From: Terriglobia bacterium
GTDB lineage: Bacteria; Acidobacteriota; Terriglobia; Acidiferrales; UBA7541
Reading direction: 5' to 3'
Length of the DNA stretch: 64,000 nt
Assembly (NCBI GenBank): GCA_963695545.1
Contig: OY968796.1
Span: forward strand, 1,984,001 to 2,048,000
Position numbers and translations under genes: made by a program
In this document: piece after piece, positions 36,736-46,397 of the stretch
Numbering within the stretch: position 1 is the stretch's first letter
Layout: every line of letters begins with the position of its first letter
Notes under the pieces: generated by a model
Database searches by the model: none
What the model was told of the DNA's origin: nothing
The model's input: the letters and a program-made list of their open reading frames with translations, nothing else

Positions 36736-38634
36736 GTGTCGATCTGGTTTGAAAACGATAAAAAGTTGCCCCAGATGCGGTTGGCGGCGGTTTCCTACGG
36801 AATCGTCGGGCTGATTGCGTTGCTGCTGTTCGGCTTCTGGAATCTCCAGGTCATCCAAACCACTCACTACGCGGATCTCGCCGAACGCAATCGCATCCGC
36901 TCGATTCCCATCATCGCGCCCCGCGGTTCGATTCTTGATCGCTCCGGCCGGGTTCTCGTCGACAACTATCCCTCGTTCAGCGTGCTGCTGTTGCGCGACG
37001 ATCCGAAGGTCACGGAATCGCTTCTGCCGCAAATCGCCGACGGGCTCGGCATGACGCTCGCCGATTTGCGCGCGCAGATCGACGCGGCGAAGGCGCTCCC
37101 CGACTTCCAGCCCATCGTCATCAAGCCCGAAGCCACTCCGGGCGACATCGCGTTCATCGAATCGCATCGCCCCGACATCCCGGTGCTCGAAATGATGATG
37201 GTTCACCGCCGGCGTTACGGACAAAACGATTTCCTGGCCAACGCCATTGGCTACGTGGGAGAAGTGAGCACCGATGACATTGCCGCAAGCGGCGGCCGTC
37301 TGCGGTCCGGAGACATCACAGGGAAGTCGGGCCTCGAAAAGCAATATAACGACACGCTGATGGGCACCGACGGCTTGCGGCGCTCGATCGTCAATAGCGT
37401 CGGCAAAGAAGTCGGCCAGCTCGAACAACAGGATCCCACGCCCGGCAGGCCCATTCGCTTGACGATCGATTACGATCTGCAGTCGGTGGCCGAGCAGGCT
37501 ATGGCCGGGAAAATGGGCGCGGTTGTGGCCCTCGACCCGCGCACCGGTGAAGTGCTGGCGATGGTCAGCCACCCCGCTTACAACCCCAACGATTTCGCGG
37601 TGCGCATACCGCGCGAAGAGTGGGATCAATTGAACAACGATCCCGATAAGCCGCTGATCAATCGCGCCATTCAGGCGCAGCTCGCGCCGGGCTCGGTCTT
37701 CAAGATTTACGAAACCACGGCGATGCTCGAATCGAAAGCCATCCCCGCGGACTTCAAAGTCTTCTGCCCCGGCTACGCGACGTTTTACGGCCGCGTGTTT
37801 CACGAATTGAATCCTGGAGACTCCGCCCACGGCGAAATGGATTTGCACACAGCGATCGTGAAATCGTGCGATATCTATTTCTATAACGTCGGCCAGCGGC
37901 TTGGCATAGACCGGCTTTCGTACTACGGCACAAGCTTCGGCCTCGGCCGCAAAACTGGCGTCGATCTGCCCGGCGAAGATTCCGGTTTGATGCCGTCGGA
38001 AGCGTGGAAAGAACGCGTCTTTCACGAGAAATGGTATGCGGGCGAAACGATTTCACTCGCCATCGGCCAGGGCGCAACCGAAGTGACGCCGATGCAGATG
38101 GCGTACACGATCGGCGGAATTATTTCCGGCGGCAGATTCAAGCAACCGCATCTCCTCATGAGCGATCAGCCCGTGCCTGAAGTGGATTTCCCGATCTCCG
38201 ATTCGACCGTGGATTTCATCACGCAAGCGATGTGGAGCGTGGTGAATGAAGGCGGCACGGCTGCGGCGTCGAAATTGCCGGGGATCGAATTTTGCGGCAA
38301 GACCGGCACGGCGCAAGTGATCAGCGCCGAGGGGAAGGAGAAAGCCACGAACAAATCGGCATTGAAAAATAATGCCTGGTTCGTGGGCTTCGCTCCGCGG
38401 CGCAATGCGGAGATTGTTGTCGCCGTGCTCGTCCAGGCCGGCGGCTACGGCGCCGAAGCCGCCGCGCCGGTCGCGCGCGATGTGGTGAAAGCGTATTACG
38501 ATAAGAAGGCCGGCACCTATAAAGGCCCGCAGGAATATGCATCGAATCCGCAGAAGCCGGCAGCGGTTCCGACCAGCCCGACCGCGACGGCGCAAGCAGC
38601 TCCGGCCACGGCCAATTCCGCCAGCCGGCCCTAA
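36736..38634 (+). CDS. mrdA: Penicillin-binding protein 2
   Basis: APRG.ILDR, PGSVFK (SxxK), SCD and KTGTAQ motifs; GTG start after GGAG. Confidence 0.95.
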   Translation: MSIWFENDKKLPQMRLAAVSYGIVGLIALLLFGFWNLQVIQTTHYADLAERNRIRSIPIIAPRGSILDRSGRVLVDNYPSFSVLLLRDDPKVTESLLPQIADGLGMTLADLRAQIDAAKALPDFQPIVIKPEATPGDIAFIESHRPDIPVLEMMMVHRRRYGQNDFLANAIGYVGEVSTDDIAASGGRLRSGDITGKSGLEKQYNDTLMGTDGLRRSIVNSVGKEVGQLEQQDPTPGRPIRLTIDYDLQSVAEQAMAGKMGAVVALDPRTGEVLAMVSHPAYNPNDFAVRIPREEWDQLNNDPDKPLINRAIQAQLAPGSVFKIYETTAMLESKAIPADFKVFCPGYATFYGRVFHELNPGDSAHGEMDLHTAIVKSCDIYFYNVGQRLGIDRLSYYGTSFGLGRKTGVDLPGEDSGLMPSEAWKERVFHEKWYAGETISLAIGQGATEVTPMQMAYTIGGIISGGRFKQPHLLMSDQPVPEVDFPISDSTVDFITQAMWSVVNEGGTAAASKLPGIEFCGKTGTAQVISAEGKEKATNKSALKNNAWFVGFAPRRNAEIVVAVLVQAGGYGAEAAAPVARDVVKAYYDKKAGTYKGPQEYASNPQKPAAVPTSPTATAQAAPATANSASRP

Positions 38635-38643
38635 AAGGACGAG

Positions 38644-39732
38644 ATGAGAGAACGATCGGGAATTCGCGATTACGATTGGTGGCTGATGACGCTGGTCTTC
38701 ACGATCTGCGGGATCGGACTGCTCGAGATCTGGTCGGCCACGCATGCCGGCCATCTGAACGGCATGCAATGGCGGCAAGTTTTCTGGATCGCGCTCGGCG
38801 TGGTGATTATGCTCGTGCTTTCGCGCGTGAATTACCACACCATCTTGGATCAGGCGCCGCTGCTCTACGTTATTGGCCTTGTGGCTTTGGTGGCCGTGCT
38901 GCTGGTGGGGCATTCACGGTTCGGGGCCAAAAGGTGGCTGCCGGTGCTGGGCGAATTTTTCCAGGTGTCAGAACTTGTCAAGTTGATTATAATCGTGGTG
39001 CTGGCGCGGTTCTTCAGTGAAGTGCGCACAGACCGGCTTTTGTTGGGAGACCTCGTCAAGGCCGGAGTTTTGGTCGGGGTGCCGGTGGGCTTGATCCTCC
39101 TCCAGCCCGACTTGGGCACGGCGCTGGTGCTGGTGCCGGTAGCGGCCGTAGGCGCATTTCTAGCGGGACTCCAGTGGAAACACGCTTTGTTCGTGGTGGC
39201 TCTCGGAGCTATGTTGCTTCCGGTGGGCTGGCACGTCCTGAAGCCGTATCAGAGATCGCGCGTCACGACCTTCATGCGCCCGGAAGACGATCCCCGCGGC
39301 TCGGGCTATCAGATACTGCAATCGAAGATTGCGGTCGGTGAAGGCGGCTTTTGGGGAAAGGGACTCGGCAACGGCAGCCAGAATCAATTGGGCTTCGTGC
39401 CAGTGCGTTACTCCGATTTTATTTTGGCGGCGCTGGCGGAGGAATTAGGATTTGCCGGCGTCGTGGTCACGCTGGTGCTATACATGGCGCTGCTGTTACG
39501 CCTGGTGCAGAACGCCCAGCACGCGAAGGATCGCGCGGGGATGTTTCTGATCATGGGCGTTACGGCGGCGGTAGGGTTTCACGTTCTGGTGAACGCGGCC
39601 ATGGTGATCGGATTAATGCCGGTCACCGGAATTCCGCTGCCGCTGATGAGCTACGGCGGATCGGCCACGCTGTTCGTATTTTTGGCTTTGGGCCTGGTGA
39701 TGAACGTGCGACTTCGCCGCTTCGTCAACTGA
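38644..39732 (+). CDS. rodA: Peptidoglycan glycosyltransferase RodA
   Basis: GAKRW, Q.SE..K, QPDLGTA and TGIPLPLMSYGGS motifs. Confidence 0.95.
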   Translation: MRERSGIRDYDWWLMTLVFTICGIGLLEIWSATHAGHLNGMQWRQVFWIALGVVIMLVLSRVNYHTILDQAPLLYVIGLVALVAVLLVGHSRFGAKRWLPVLGEFFQVSELVKLIIIVVLARFFSEVRTDRLLLGDLVKAGVLVGVPVGLILLQPDLGTALVLVPVAAVGAFLAGLQWKHALFVVALGAMLLPVGWHVLKPYQRSRVTTFMRPEDDPRGSGYQILQSKIAVGEGGFWGKGLGNGSQNQLGFVPVRYSDFILAALAEELGFAGVVVTLVLYMALLLRLVQNAQHAKDRAGMFLIMGVTAAVGFHVLVNAAMVIGLMPVTGIPLPLMSYGGSATLFVFLALGLVMNVRLRRFVN

Positions 39733-39966
39733 GGCCAAGTTAGACGGTAATGCAAAGAAACACAGCAGGGAAAAATTGTAGTGTCCCGCCAAGCGCCTGG
39801 ATGGAATTCGGGTCGCGGCCGGGAATTCGAGTATTGCGAGGTTTGCATCGCGTGATGGCGAAAACTGCCCAGCGTAGCCGGTCCCATCCGGCCGTTCCGC
39901 ACAGTGCGGAGCGGCGCGCGTGGATGTTGTGCACCGGCGCCCGGCGATGCCCTCCGAGGAGTTTTC

Positions 39967-42933
39967 ATGTCGAAGGATTTGGTGATATCGGCGTCAGCGC
40001 ACGAAACGCGCGTCGCCATTTTGGAAGAAGGACAGCTTTGTGAAATCTACATCGAACGGGAAAAAGAATTTGCGTTAGTCGGAAGCATTTACAAAGGCCG
40101 CGTCACACGCGTGCTGCCCGGCATGCAGTCGGCTTTTGTGGACATCGGACTCGATAGCGACGCATTTCTTTATGTGAGCGATTTCCTCGAGAATCTCGAG
40201 GAGTACGATCACGTCGTTTCGACCGTCGAAAACAAAGTTGAAAAAATGCAGCAGCAGGGCGGCGAAGTTTTTTCGCAGCAAGCCGAAGCGCCTGCTGCGC
40301 CGGCTGGTGCGCCCGAAGCCGCCGCCGAGCCCGGCAATGAGCCGGCAGCCGAAGCGTCGCCGCGCGAATCCGGCGCGGAGCCGGCGTCGGATTCCGCTTC
40401 GGAATTCGCGAACGATCCACCGCAGCCGACCAGCAACGCCGGCAATTCGTTCAGCCAGGCGCCTGGCGCGCGGCCAGGATCTCGCGGCGGTTATCAGGAT
40501 AGGCAGGGCTCGCGCGGACCGGGTGGTCCCGGCGGCGGTCAAGGCGGCTCCGGCAGACCAGGCGGCCAAGGCGGTTCGGGCCGACCCGGTGGATACGGAG
40601 ATCGCGGCGGTTCAGGCGATCGCGGCGGACCGGGCGGCCGGCGCGGCCGCTGGGGACGCGGAGGCCGCGACGATCGGCGCCGCGGCGGTGGCGGGCGAGA
40701 TTTGCCTTCATCGAAATATGCGTCTCCTCGTTCATCCGACCAGGGATCTTCCGAGCGGCGGCCAAACGAATACCGGCCATCGCCGTCGCGGCCGTACGAA
40801 CCGCCGCCGGCCGATTACGTGCCGGTGATTTTGCCGGGCGAATCGCTGGCAAAATATAAGGATCGCATTCCGGGTCAGCCGCCAGCCGCGGCTCCCGCAG
40901 CGACGGAACCGTTGACGGACGCGCGGCTCGATCAAACAACGCCTGCCGCCGGGACGTTTTCCGACGTCGAACCGCCGCAGACGGTTTCCTCCGCGGCTGT
41001 CGAACCTCCTTCGGTCGCGCCCGACGAAATCGATTCGGCGAGCCTGCTCGAAGCGCATCGCGAATCGCCGGCGGAATCGCGCGACGCGGTTCAACCGTTG
41101 TTTGAGCCGCACGCGGCGCAAGATTCCGATCTCTCCGCGGACGAAGTGACTTCTCTTGCCGAGCAACTCGCCGAAGCCAAGCACGAAGAAGCGCAGGCCC
41201 AACGCGAAGAAGCGGCGCAAGACGCGCTCGACGCCTCGCAAGCCGAGCCGTTTTCCGAGAGCGAGAGCCACGAGCCGCCCGAGGGCCACTCGGAATTTGC
41301 CGGATTCGACGTGCACGACCGCGAACACGACGAGCACGGCGAAACCGATTCCGGAGCCGAGTCCGGCGCGGAGCACGAGAGCGAAGCCGGCGCCGAACAC
41401 GACGAAGCCGAACTGAGCGGCGCTTCCGAGCAACACGAACGCGACGAGCAGGAAGCCGAGCAGGCCCACGACGACGCCCACGCCGCGGCCGAAGGCGAAG
41501 CGCAATCCGCCGAAAATTTCGGCGAGCGCCAGCCGGACGCGGCCGCGATTCCCGATGCTCCCGGCTCCTCAAACTTTCCTTCATCGAGCGCACGGTTAAG
41601 CCAGCCGCCGCGCGCGCGTTTCCAGCGGCCCATGCGCCGCGGCGGGCGCAACAATCGCGACCGCGATCGCGGCGGACGCCCGCCGATGCGATCGCACGGC
41701 GGACCGCGCCACGACGCGCCGCGGCGGCCGCAACTGATTTCCGAAATGCTCAAGGCCGGCCAGGAAATCATCGTGCAGATCGCCAAGGAACCGCTCGGGA
41801 AAAAAGGCGCGCGCATCACGAGCCACGTCGCGCTGCCGGGGCGCTTCCTTGTCTACATGCCGACGGTGGACCACATCGGCGTTTCGCGGCGCATCGGCTC
41901 GGCCGAGGATCGCTCGCGTTTGCGGCGTTTGGTTTCCGAGGCCAAGGGCACGTTTCCCGGGGGCTTTATCGTGCGCACGGCAGCCGGCGGCGCAACCGAC
42001 GAAGAGATCCGCGCCGACGTGGAATTTCTGGGCCACACCTGGGACACGATTCGCACGAGTTCCGAGCAGCGCCACGCGCCGGCGCTGATGCATCGCGATC
42101 TGAATCTGGTGGAGCGCATCCTGCGCGATTATTTGAGCCAGGATTACGCCGCGATCTGGATCGACAACGAAGAGGAGTTCGGCAAAGTGGTGGAATTCGT
42201 GAACCGCTTCCAGCCGCGCCTGGTCGGCCGCGTGAAGCTCTACACCAAAGAGACGCCGATCTTCGAGGAATTCGGCATTCAGCAGGAACTCGATAAAGCG
42301 CTGCGTCCGAAAGTGTGGCTGAAATCCGGCGGCTACATCGTGATCAACCACACCGAAGCGCTGGTGGCCATCGACGTGAACACCGGCAAATATGTCGGCA
42401 AGGGCTCGACGCGCCTGGAAGACACGATCGTGAAGACCAACGTTGAGGCCGTAAAGGAAGTGGTGCGGCAAATCCGCCTGCGCGATCTGGGCGGAATCAT
42501 CGTGGTGGATTTCATCGACATGGAGGAGCGGCGCAACCGCGACCGCGTGATGGCCGCGCTCGAGCAAGCGCTGCACTCCGACCGCGCGCCGTCGAAGGTG
42601 ATCCCGTTCAACGAATTTGGCCTCGTGAACATCACGCGCAAGCGCACCAAGCAGGCGCTCGAGCGCGTGCTGTGCCAGCCGTGTCCGTATTGCTCGGGCA
42701 GCGGCATGGTGAAATCCGGGCCGACGATTTGCTACGAGATCCAGGCCGAAGCGCGCAAGATGGCCGAGAATCTCGATTCCGGCAGCATGACGCTGCGCGT
42801 GAATCCGGAAATCGCCAAGGCGCTCAAGACGCGCGAATCGAGCATGATCGAAGAGCTCGAACGCGTAACGAAAAAGAGCGTGATCATCCAAGCCGATCCC
42901 ACGCTGCATTGGGAGCAGTACGACATTTACTAA
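39967..42933 (+). CDS. rne: RNase E/G family endoribonuclease with large disordered insertion in the S1 domain
   Basis: GSIYKGRV.RVLPGMQSAFVDIG, then ~500 aa of low-complexity sequence, then GQEIIVQIAKEP.GKKGAR, IDVNTG, DFIDM and CPYC.G.G; ends without a C-terminal tail. Confidence 0.92.
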   Translation: MSKDLVISASAHETRVAILEEGQLCEIYIEREKEFALVGSIYKGRVTRVLPGMQSAFVDIGLDSDAFLYVSDFLENLEEYDHVVSTVENKVEKMQQQGGEVFSQQAEAPAAPAGAPEAAAEPGNEPAAEASPRESGAEPASDSASEFANDPPQPTSNAGNSFSQAPGARPGSRGGYQDRQGSRGPGGPGGGQGGSGRPGGQGGSGRPGGYGDRGGSGDRGGPGGRRGRWGRGGRDDRRRGGGGRDLPSSKYASPRSSDQGSSERRPNEYRPSPSRPYEPPPADYVPVILPGESLAKYKDRIPGQPPAAAPAATEPLTDARLDQTTPAAGTFSDVEPPQTVSSAAVEPPSVAPDEIDSASLLEAHRESPAESRDAVQPLFEPHAAQDSDLSADEVTSLAEQLAEAKHEEAQAQREEAAQDALDASQAEPFSESESHEPPEGHSEFAGFDVHDREHDEHGETDSGAESGAEHESEAGAEHDEAELSGASEQHERDEQEAEQAHDDAHAAAEGEAQSAENFGERQPDAAAIPDAPGSSNFPSSSARLSQPPRARFQRPMRRGGRNNRDRDRGGRPPMRSHGGPRHDAPRRPQLISEMLKAGQEIIVQIAKEPLGKKGARITSHVALPGRFLVYMPTVDHIGVSRRIGSAEDRSRLRRLVSEAKGTFPGGFIVRTAAGGATDEEIRADVEFLGHTWDTIRTSSEQRHAPALMHRDLNLVERILRDYLSQDYAAIWIDNEEEFGKVVEFVNRFQPRLVGRVKLYTKETPIFEEFGIQQELDKALRPKVWLKSGGYIVINHTEALVAIDVNTGKYVGKGSTRLEDTIVKTNVEAVKEVVRQIRLRDLGGIIVVDFIDMEERRNRDRVMAALEQALHSDRAPSKVIPFNEFGLVNITRKRTKQALERVLCQPCPYCSGSGMVKSGPTICYEIQAEARKMAENLDSGSMTLRVNPEIAKALKTRESSMIEELERVTKKSVIIQADPTLHWEQYDIY

Positions 42934-42968
42934 AAACCGCTTCGCAAACAGCACCATCGTGCATTTCG

Positions 42969-43006
42969 CGGCCTCAGGGGTTAACGCCCCTGAGGCCGTT
43001 GTGTTT
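42969..43006 (+). terminator. Intrinsic terminator-like hairpin after rne
   Basis: CGGCCTCAGGGG-TTAACG-CCCCTGAGGCCG followed by a T-rich tract. Confidence 0.6.
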
Positions 43007-43089
43007 TGGGGAATCGTCCGGGACGCGAGAGCTCCTTTTCGCCCAGAGGTGAGCTGGCGACGCGGCCCAAACGTAGTGGATGGTCTTGA

Positions 43090-43491
43090 GGGGGTACACC
43101 CCCGGGTATGTTTTGCGTAAGAGCGGCAAACAAACGACTTCCAGGAAAAGAGTGACAAAGAGTGCGGAAGAGATTGAGAACAATAGACTTGCGATCGTTT
43201 ATTTTCAACGAGATGCGCACTGTTTTGGATGTCGCTGAAAATGAAAGAATTGGAGGGGTGGTTTGTTGCAGAAGAATGCGACTCGATCGAATTGTACCGA
43301 TGATATTTGGTAGGGCGCGCAAGCCGGGCGGAGGCAAGCTCCGCCCCTACATACGGAAAATTCGTCGCGCGGGCGAGCGGCAAGCGTGTGCGTCTCCAGC
43401 TCATGCGCGAGCATAACACTTCTGTAACCTATATGTCAATATAACTCATGGGGAATATTATTCGAATAGCTGTGGAAATTATTTCGAATAG
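43090..43491 (-). other. Dispersed promoter-plus-motif-array element, copy B
   Basis: TTCGAATAG at 43461 and 43483. TTGACA (43434-39)-18 bp-TATGCT (43410-15), ATG at 43404. Motifs at 43116, 43165 and ~43227. GGGGTACACCCCCGGGTATGTTTT end. Confidence 0.65.
43326..43351 (-). repeat. GTAG-type REP
   Basis: TGTAGGGGCGGAGCTTGCCTCCGCCC on the minus strand. Confidence 0.65.
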
Positions 43492-43522
43492 TGGAAAACG
43501 CAAGAAGCAACCCGGACATTCG

Positions 43523-43683
43523 AAATCCCCACCCTTTGCTGCGCAAAGGATGGGCCACCCCGGGCTGCGCGAAGCGCAGCCCGACGGACGAGCTATGTTG
43601 CCTCGGGATGGAGATCGCCACCGGTCTGACCGATGGGTGCGGGTCAAAAAAAGGGGAAGCCCCAACTGAAGGGTGCGCCACCC
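43523..43683. repeat. CACCC-tailed REP-like hairpin plus a half copy
   Basis: CCCACCCTTTGC/GCAAAGGATGGG-CCACCC (43528-60) and GAAGGGTGCGCCACCC (~43668-83); same type as 15872-15962. Confidence 0.55.
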
Positions 43684-43684
43684 G

Positions 43685-43804
43685 CCATTCTCTTGAGTTC
43701 TTCCAGCGTTTCGGCCTGCGTAAAATGGAATATCCCGGGGCGCGTGCTTCGTATCCGCCCTCCGGTGATTTCTCCACTGCGAAGATAATTTCCCCTTGGT
43801 CCGT
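43685..43804 (-). pseudogene. HicB-like antitoxin-family remnant
   Basis: EIIFAVEKSPEGGYEARAPGYSI, then a 1-nt deletion, then TQAETLEELKRM in the next frame; ACG at the expected start; cut off by a REP. Confidence 0.55.
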
Positions 43805-43862
43805 GCCGAATTCCGACGCTGCATTGCTGAATGTTAGATTGCGAAGTCCGAACCGGCGGCCG

Positions 43863-44570
43863 TCAGGAGCCCGCGTGGGGAGGCTCGAAGACGAATGCGA
43901 TGGCGAGTTTCGACGCGACGGGTTTGCCACGCAGTGTGGCTGCTTGGAATTGCCATTTTGCGAGAGCGTCGGTGGAAAGAGCCGTGAAGGGGCCGGGCCC
44001 GCTCATCTGACGAAGCACTTTGGTGGCGACAACGTCGCCCGCCGGGCCGACGGTCACTTGAACGATGACCGAGCCGAACGTCGAACTGTTTACCGGATAG
44101 TTGGGATAGGCGACGGAAATAATTCCGGCAGGGGCGTAGTCCGGGTCCGCGCTGTCCTCGCGTGCCTCGGGTAGCACGGGCTTGAAATTCCTCGGAGGCG
44201 GAATCTGCGACGCGAAGTACATCGGCGGGCGAACCAAGAACACCACCGTCATTTCAGATGGAATCGGGCCGCTCGGGGCTATCGCCGGACGAAATCCCCA
44301 CTTTCGAACGATCGATTCCGCCGGCGCAACGATAGGCAACCCGCCTCCCGACAGCCCGGGATTCCGCAGATCCGTGATTCCGCTCACCGCGCCTTGGTTA
44401 TCCAATGAGACGTCCAAAACGACAAAGCCATCGTCGACCACCTCGTAGGGACGGTATGCGTCTGTAACGGACGTCACTTCCGGTGGCTTGAAAGAGATTT
44501 GCGCCAGGCCAGTAATCGTCAGCGCCACAAGAACGCAGAGGGTGCTCGCCGCTCTCCGAAGCATTTTCAT
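43863..44570 (-). CDS. Exported protein with two TonB-C-like domains
   Basis: Signal peptide; two copies of Y-P...G.V...V...G.V...W.F.(P/A)A...G.P....V.F. Confidence 0.7.
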   Translation of the reverse strand: MKMLRRAASTLCVLVALTITGLAQISFKPPEVTSVTDAYRPYEVVDDGFVVLDVSLDNQGAVSGITDLRNPGLSGGGLPIVAPAESIVRKWGFRPAIAPSGPIPSEMTVVFLVRPPMYFASQIPPPRNFKPVLPEAREDSADPDYAPAGIISVAYPNYPVNSSTFGSVIVQVTVGPAGDVVATKVLRQMSGPGPFTALSTDALAKWQFQAATLRGKPVASKLAIAFVFEPPHAGS

Positions 44571-44628
44571 GATGCTGAAATTGTAGAGCCTGGCGAATGG
44601 GCCGTACAACCAACCTGTGCTGTGTGTG

Positions 44629-45318
44629 CTACGGCTGAGCGCCGGGCTTTTGAAGCCGGGAGGCGAACGGGAGGGTTGCTACGCTGAAATAGATCGTGGT
44701 GTCGACATCGGTGAAGTCTCGCTCCGGCTTCTTTGGTTTTCCGGTGTCTAGGTCGAGATATTTTTCGGTGATGTCATGGATGCGGCCTCGGCTGTCGAAT
44801 TTCCATTCGCGGCGGCAAATTTCGTTGACGGTGAAATTATCGAGGTCGGAAGTTACCTCGCCGATGGTGCCGTCGGCCTCGAAGCAATAATCGGCGACGA
44901 TCGTTGAACCTGCGGTGGGAAGCGTGATTCTGGCATGGACGACACTGCCGTTGCTGAGCCAGACCAAGGCTTGGTCCTCGAAATTGGCGTACGTGGCGAC
45001 TTTCTGCAAATTCGCGGGCGATGGAAATTGTTGCCACGCGCCGGGACTTCCACCGTCGGGATCGTCACGGCCGAAGGATTCGTCGGGCGCGGCCGCTTTG
45101 TCGCGCGCGAAGATTTCGCCGCAGGATTTTTCGATCGCGGAGGCGGATTCTGAGGACGGCTTCGATTGGGATGGAGCGTCGTTCGGCGGCGAGGGATTGG
45201 CGGCTTGCGCGGCATCGCTGGCAGCAAGAACGAGCGCGGGGCCGGGCGCAAACATGCACGGGAAGCACAACAAGGAAACTTCCGCGACAACTAGAAGCAC
45301 TGCGCGCGTCGTTCTCAC
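44629..45318 (-). CDS. Hypothetical exported protein
   Basis: GTG start after AGGAGA; hydrophobic leader, Pro/Ser linker, globular C-terminal domain. Confidence 0.6.
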   Translation of the reverse strand: MRTTRAVLLVVAEVSLLCFPCMFAPGPALVLAASDAAQAANPSPPNDAPSQSKPSSESASAIEKSCGEIFARDKAAAPDESFGRDDPDGGSPGAWQQFPSPANLQKVATYANFEDQALVWLSNGSVVHARITLPTAGSTIVADYCFEADGTIGEVTSDLDNFTVNEICRREWKFDSRGRIHDITEKYLDLDTGKPKKPERDFTDVDTTIYFSVATLPFASRLQKPGAQP

Positions 45319-45368
45319 TCGAGACTTCTCTCCTGAATTACAAAACGCAGGCCAGCGAGCAGTGCGGC

Positions 45369-45983
45369 TTAATCGCTGTCGAAGCGCTGCTCTTTCCACG
45401 GATCGCCGTACATGTTGTAGCCGTTTTGTTCCCAGAAACCGGGAGCATCGGCGGGCAAGAGCTCGAATCCGCGCACCCATTTCACGCTCTTCCAAAAATA
45501 AAGATGCGGCACAACCAAGCGCAGCGGATAGCCGTGGTCGGGCGCGAGAGGTACGCCGTCGTGCTTGAGCGCAAACAGCGTTGTGGGCCGCATCAGATCG
45601 GCGAGCGGCAGATTGGCGGTGTAGCCGTGCTCGGCGATGATCATCGCGAAATGCGCGGTGGGTTTGGGTGTCGCGAGTTTCACGACGTCGGTGAAGAGCA
45701 CGCCCTCCCAGTGATTGTCGAAGCGGCTCCAGCGCGTGACGCAATGAATGTCGGATAACGTTTCGGTGCGCGGCAGCCTGTTAAATTCGTCCCACGAAAG
45801 GCGCACGGGCGTCTCTACCAAACCTGTGATTTTGAAATCCCAGGTGGCTGGATCGAATCCGGGCACGCTGCCGTACTGCAGCACGGGCCACTTGAGTGTG
45901 GCCGATTGACCGGGCGGCAGGCGGCCCTCTTCGCGCATTTTGTTTTCGAGATGCTTGCGCTCGCTGATTTCGCCGAAAATCAT
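45369..45983 (-). CDS. Sulfite-oxidase-like molybdopterin oxidoreductase (YuiH-type)
   Basis: RLPPGQ, DIHCVTRWS, HGYPLRLVVPHLYFWKSVKW and GFWEQNGY motifs. Confidence 0.92.
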   Translation of the reverse strand: MIFGEISERKHLENKMREEGRLPPGQSATLKWPVLQYGSVPGFDPATWDFKITGLVETPVRLSWDEFNRLPRTETLSDIHCVTRWSRFDNHWEGVLFTDVVKLATPKPTAHFAMIIAEHGYTANLPLADLMRPTTLFALKHDGVPLAPDHGYPLRLVVPHLYFWKSVKWVRGFELLPADAPGFWEQNGYNMYGDPWKEQRFDSD

Positions 45984-46104
45984 GGCGCTGGTCTCCGTTC
46001 CGCACACAAATATTTGGAGGCGCGACTATTCTACTATGCAATTGCTGCGCACGATTGGGGGCGCGATCGGCCGGGCTGGGTCGGCGTGCCGGCTCGTGTC
46101 GCCC

Positions 46105-46124
46105 CCTGCCTACCGGCAGGCAGG
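46105..46124. repeat. 20-bp near-perfect palindrome CCTGCCTACCGGCAGGCAGG
   Basis: Self-complementary except for one mismatched pair; intergenic. Confidence 0.55.
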
Positions 46125-46205
46125 CTAAGGGCTGGTTCTGCGTCGTCCGGGCGATCGCGCGGCGTTGCGTGCGTTCTTGATCGGTGTCGCGGGCGAAAAT
46201 TGTTT

Positions 46206-46278
46206 TGTAGCGGAGGCCTTTAGGTCTCCATCTTGGTGCTGCGTGAAAAATGCTGGAGGCCTAAAGGCCTCCGCTACA
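46206..46278. repeat. GTAG-type REP doublet (REPIN-like)
   Basis: TGTAGCGGAGGCCTTTAGGTCTCCA (46206-30) and its inverted copy (46254-78) match at 24/25, with a 23-bp spacer. Confidence 0.8.
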
Positions 46279-46397
46279 CAAACCGAGGTCTTGCCTCGGT
46301 GTCGGGCGCGCAGCGCGGGGCGCTGGACGGTGCGTGCAACTGGGCGTGATAAGATTGATTACGGCACTATTAAACTTCGTATCTGACCGAGGTTTCT

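Noticed and set aside
41596..43419. 607-aa minus-strand ORF and other long antisense ORFs (for example 36517-38025, 33912-35159, 25833-27062)
   Set aside because: They are shadows of GC-rich sense-strand genes and have no recognisable motifs.
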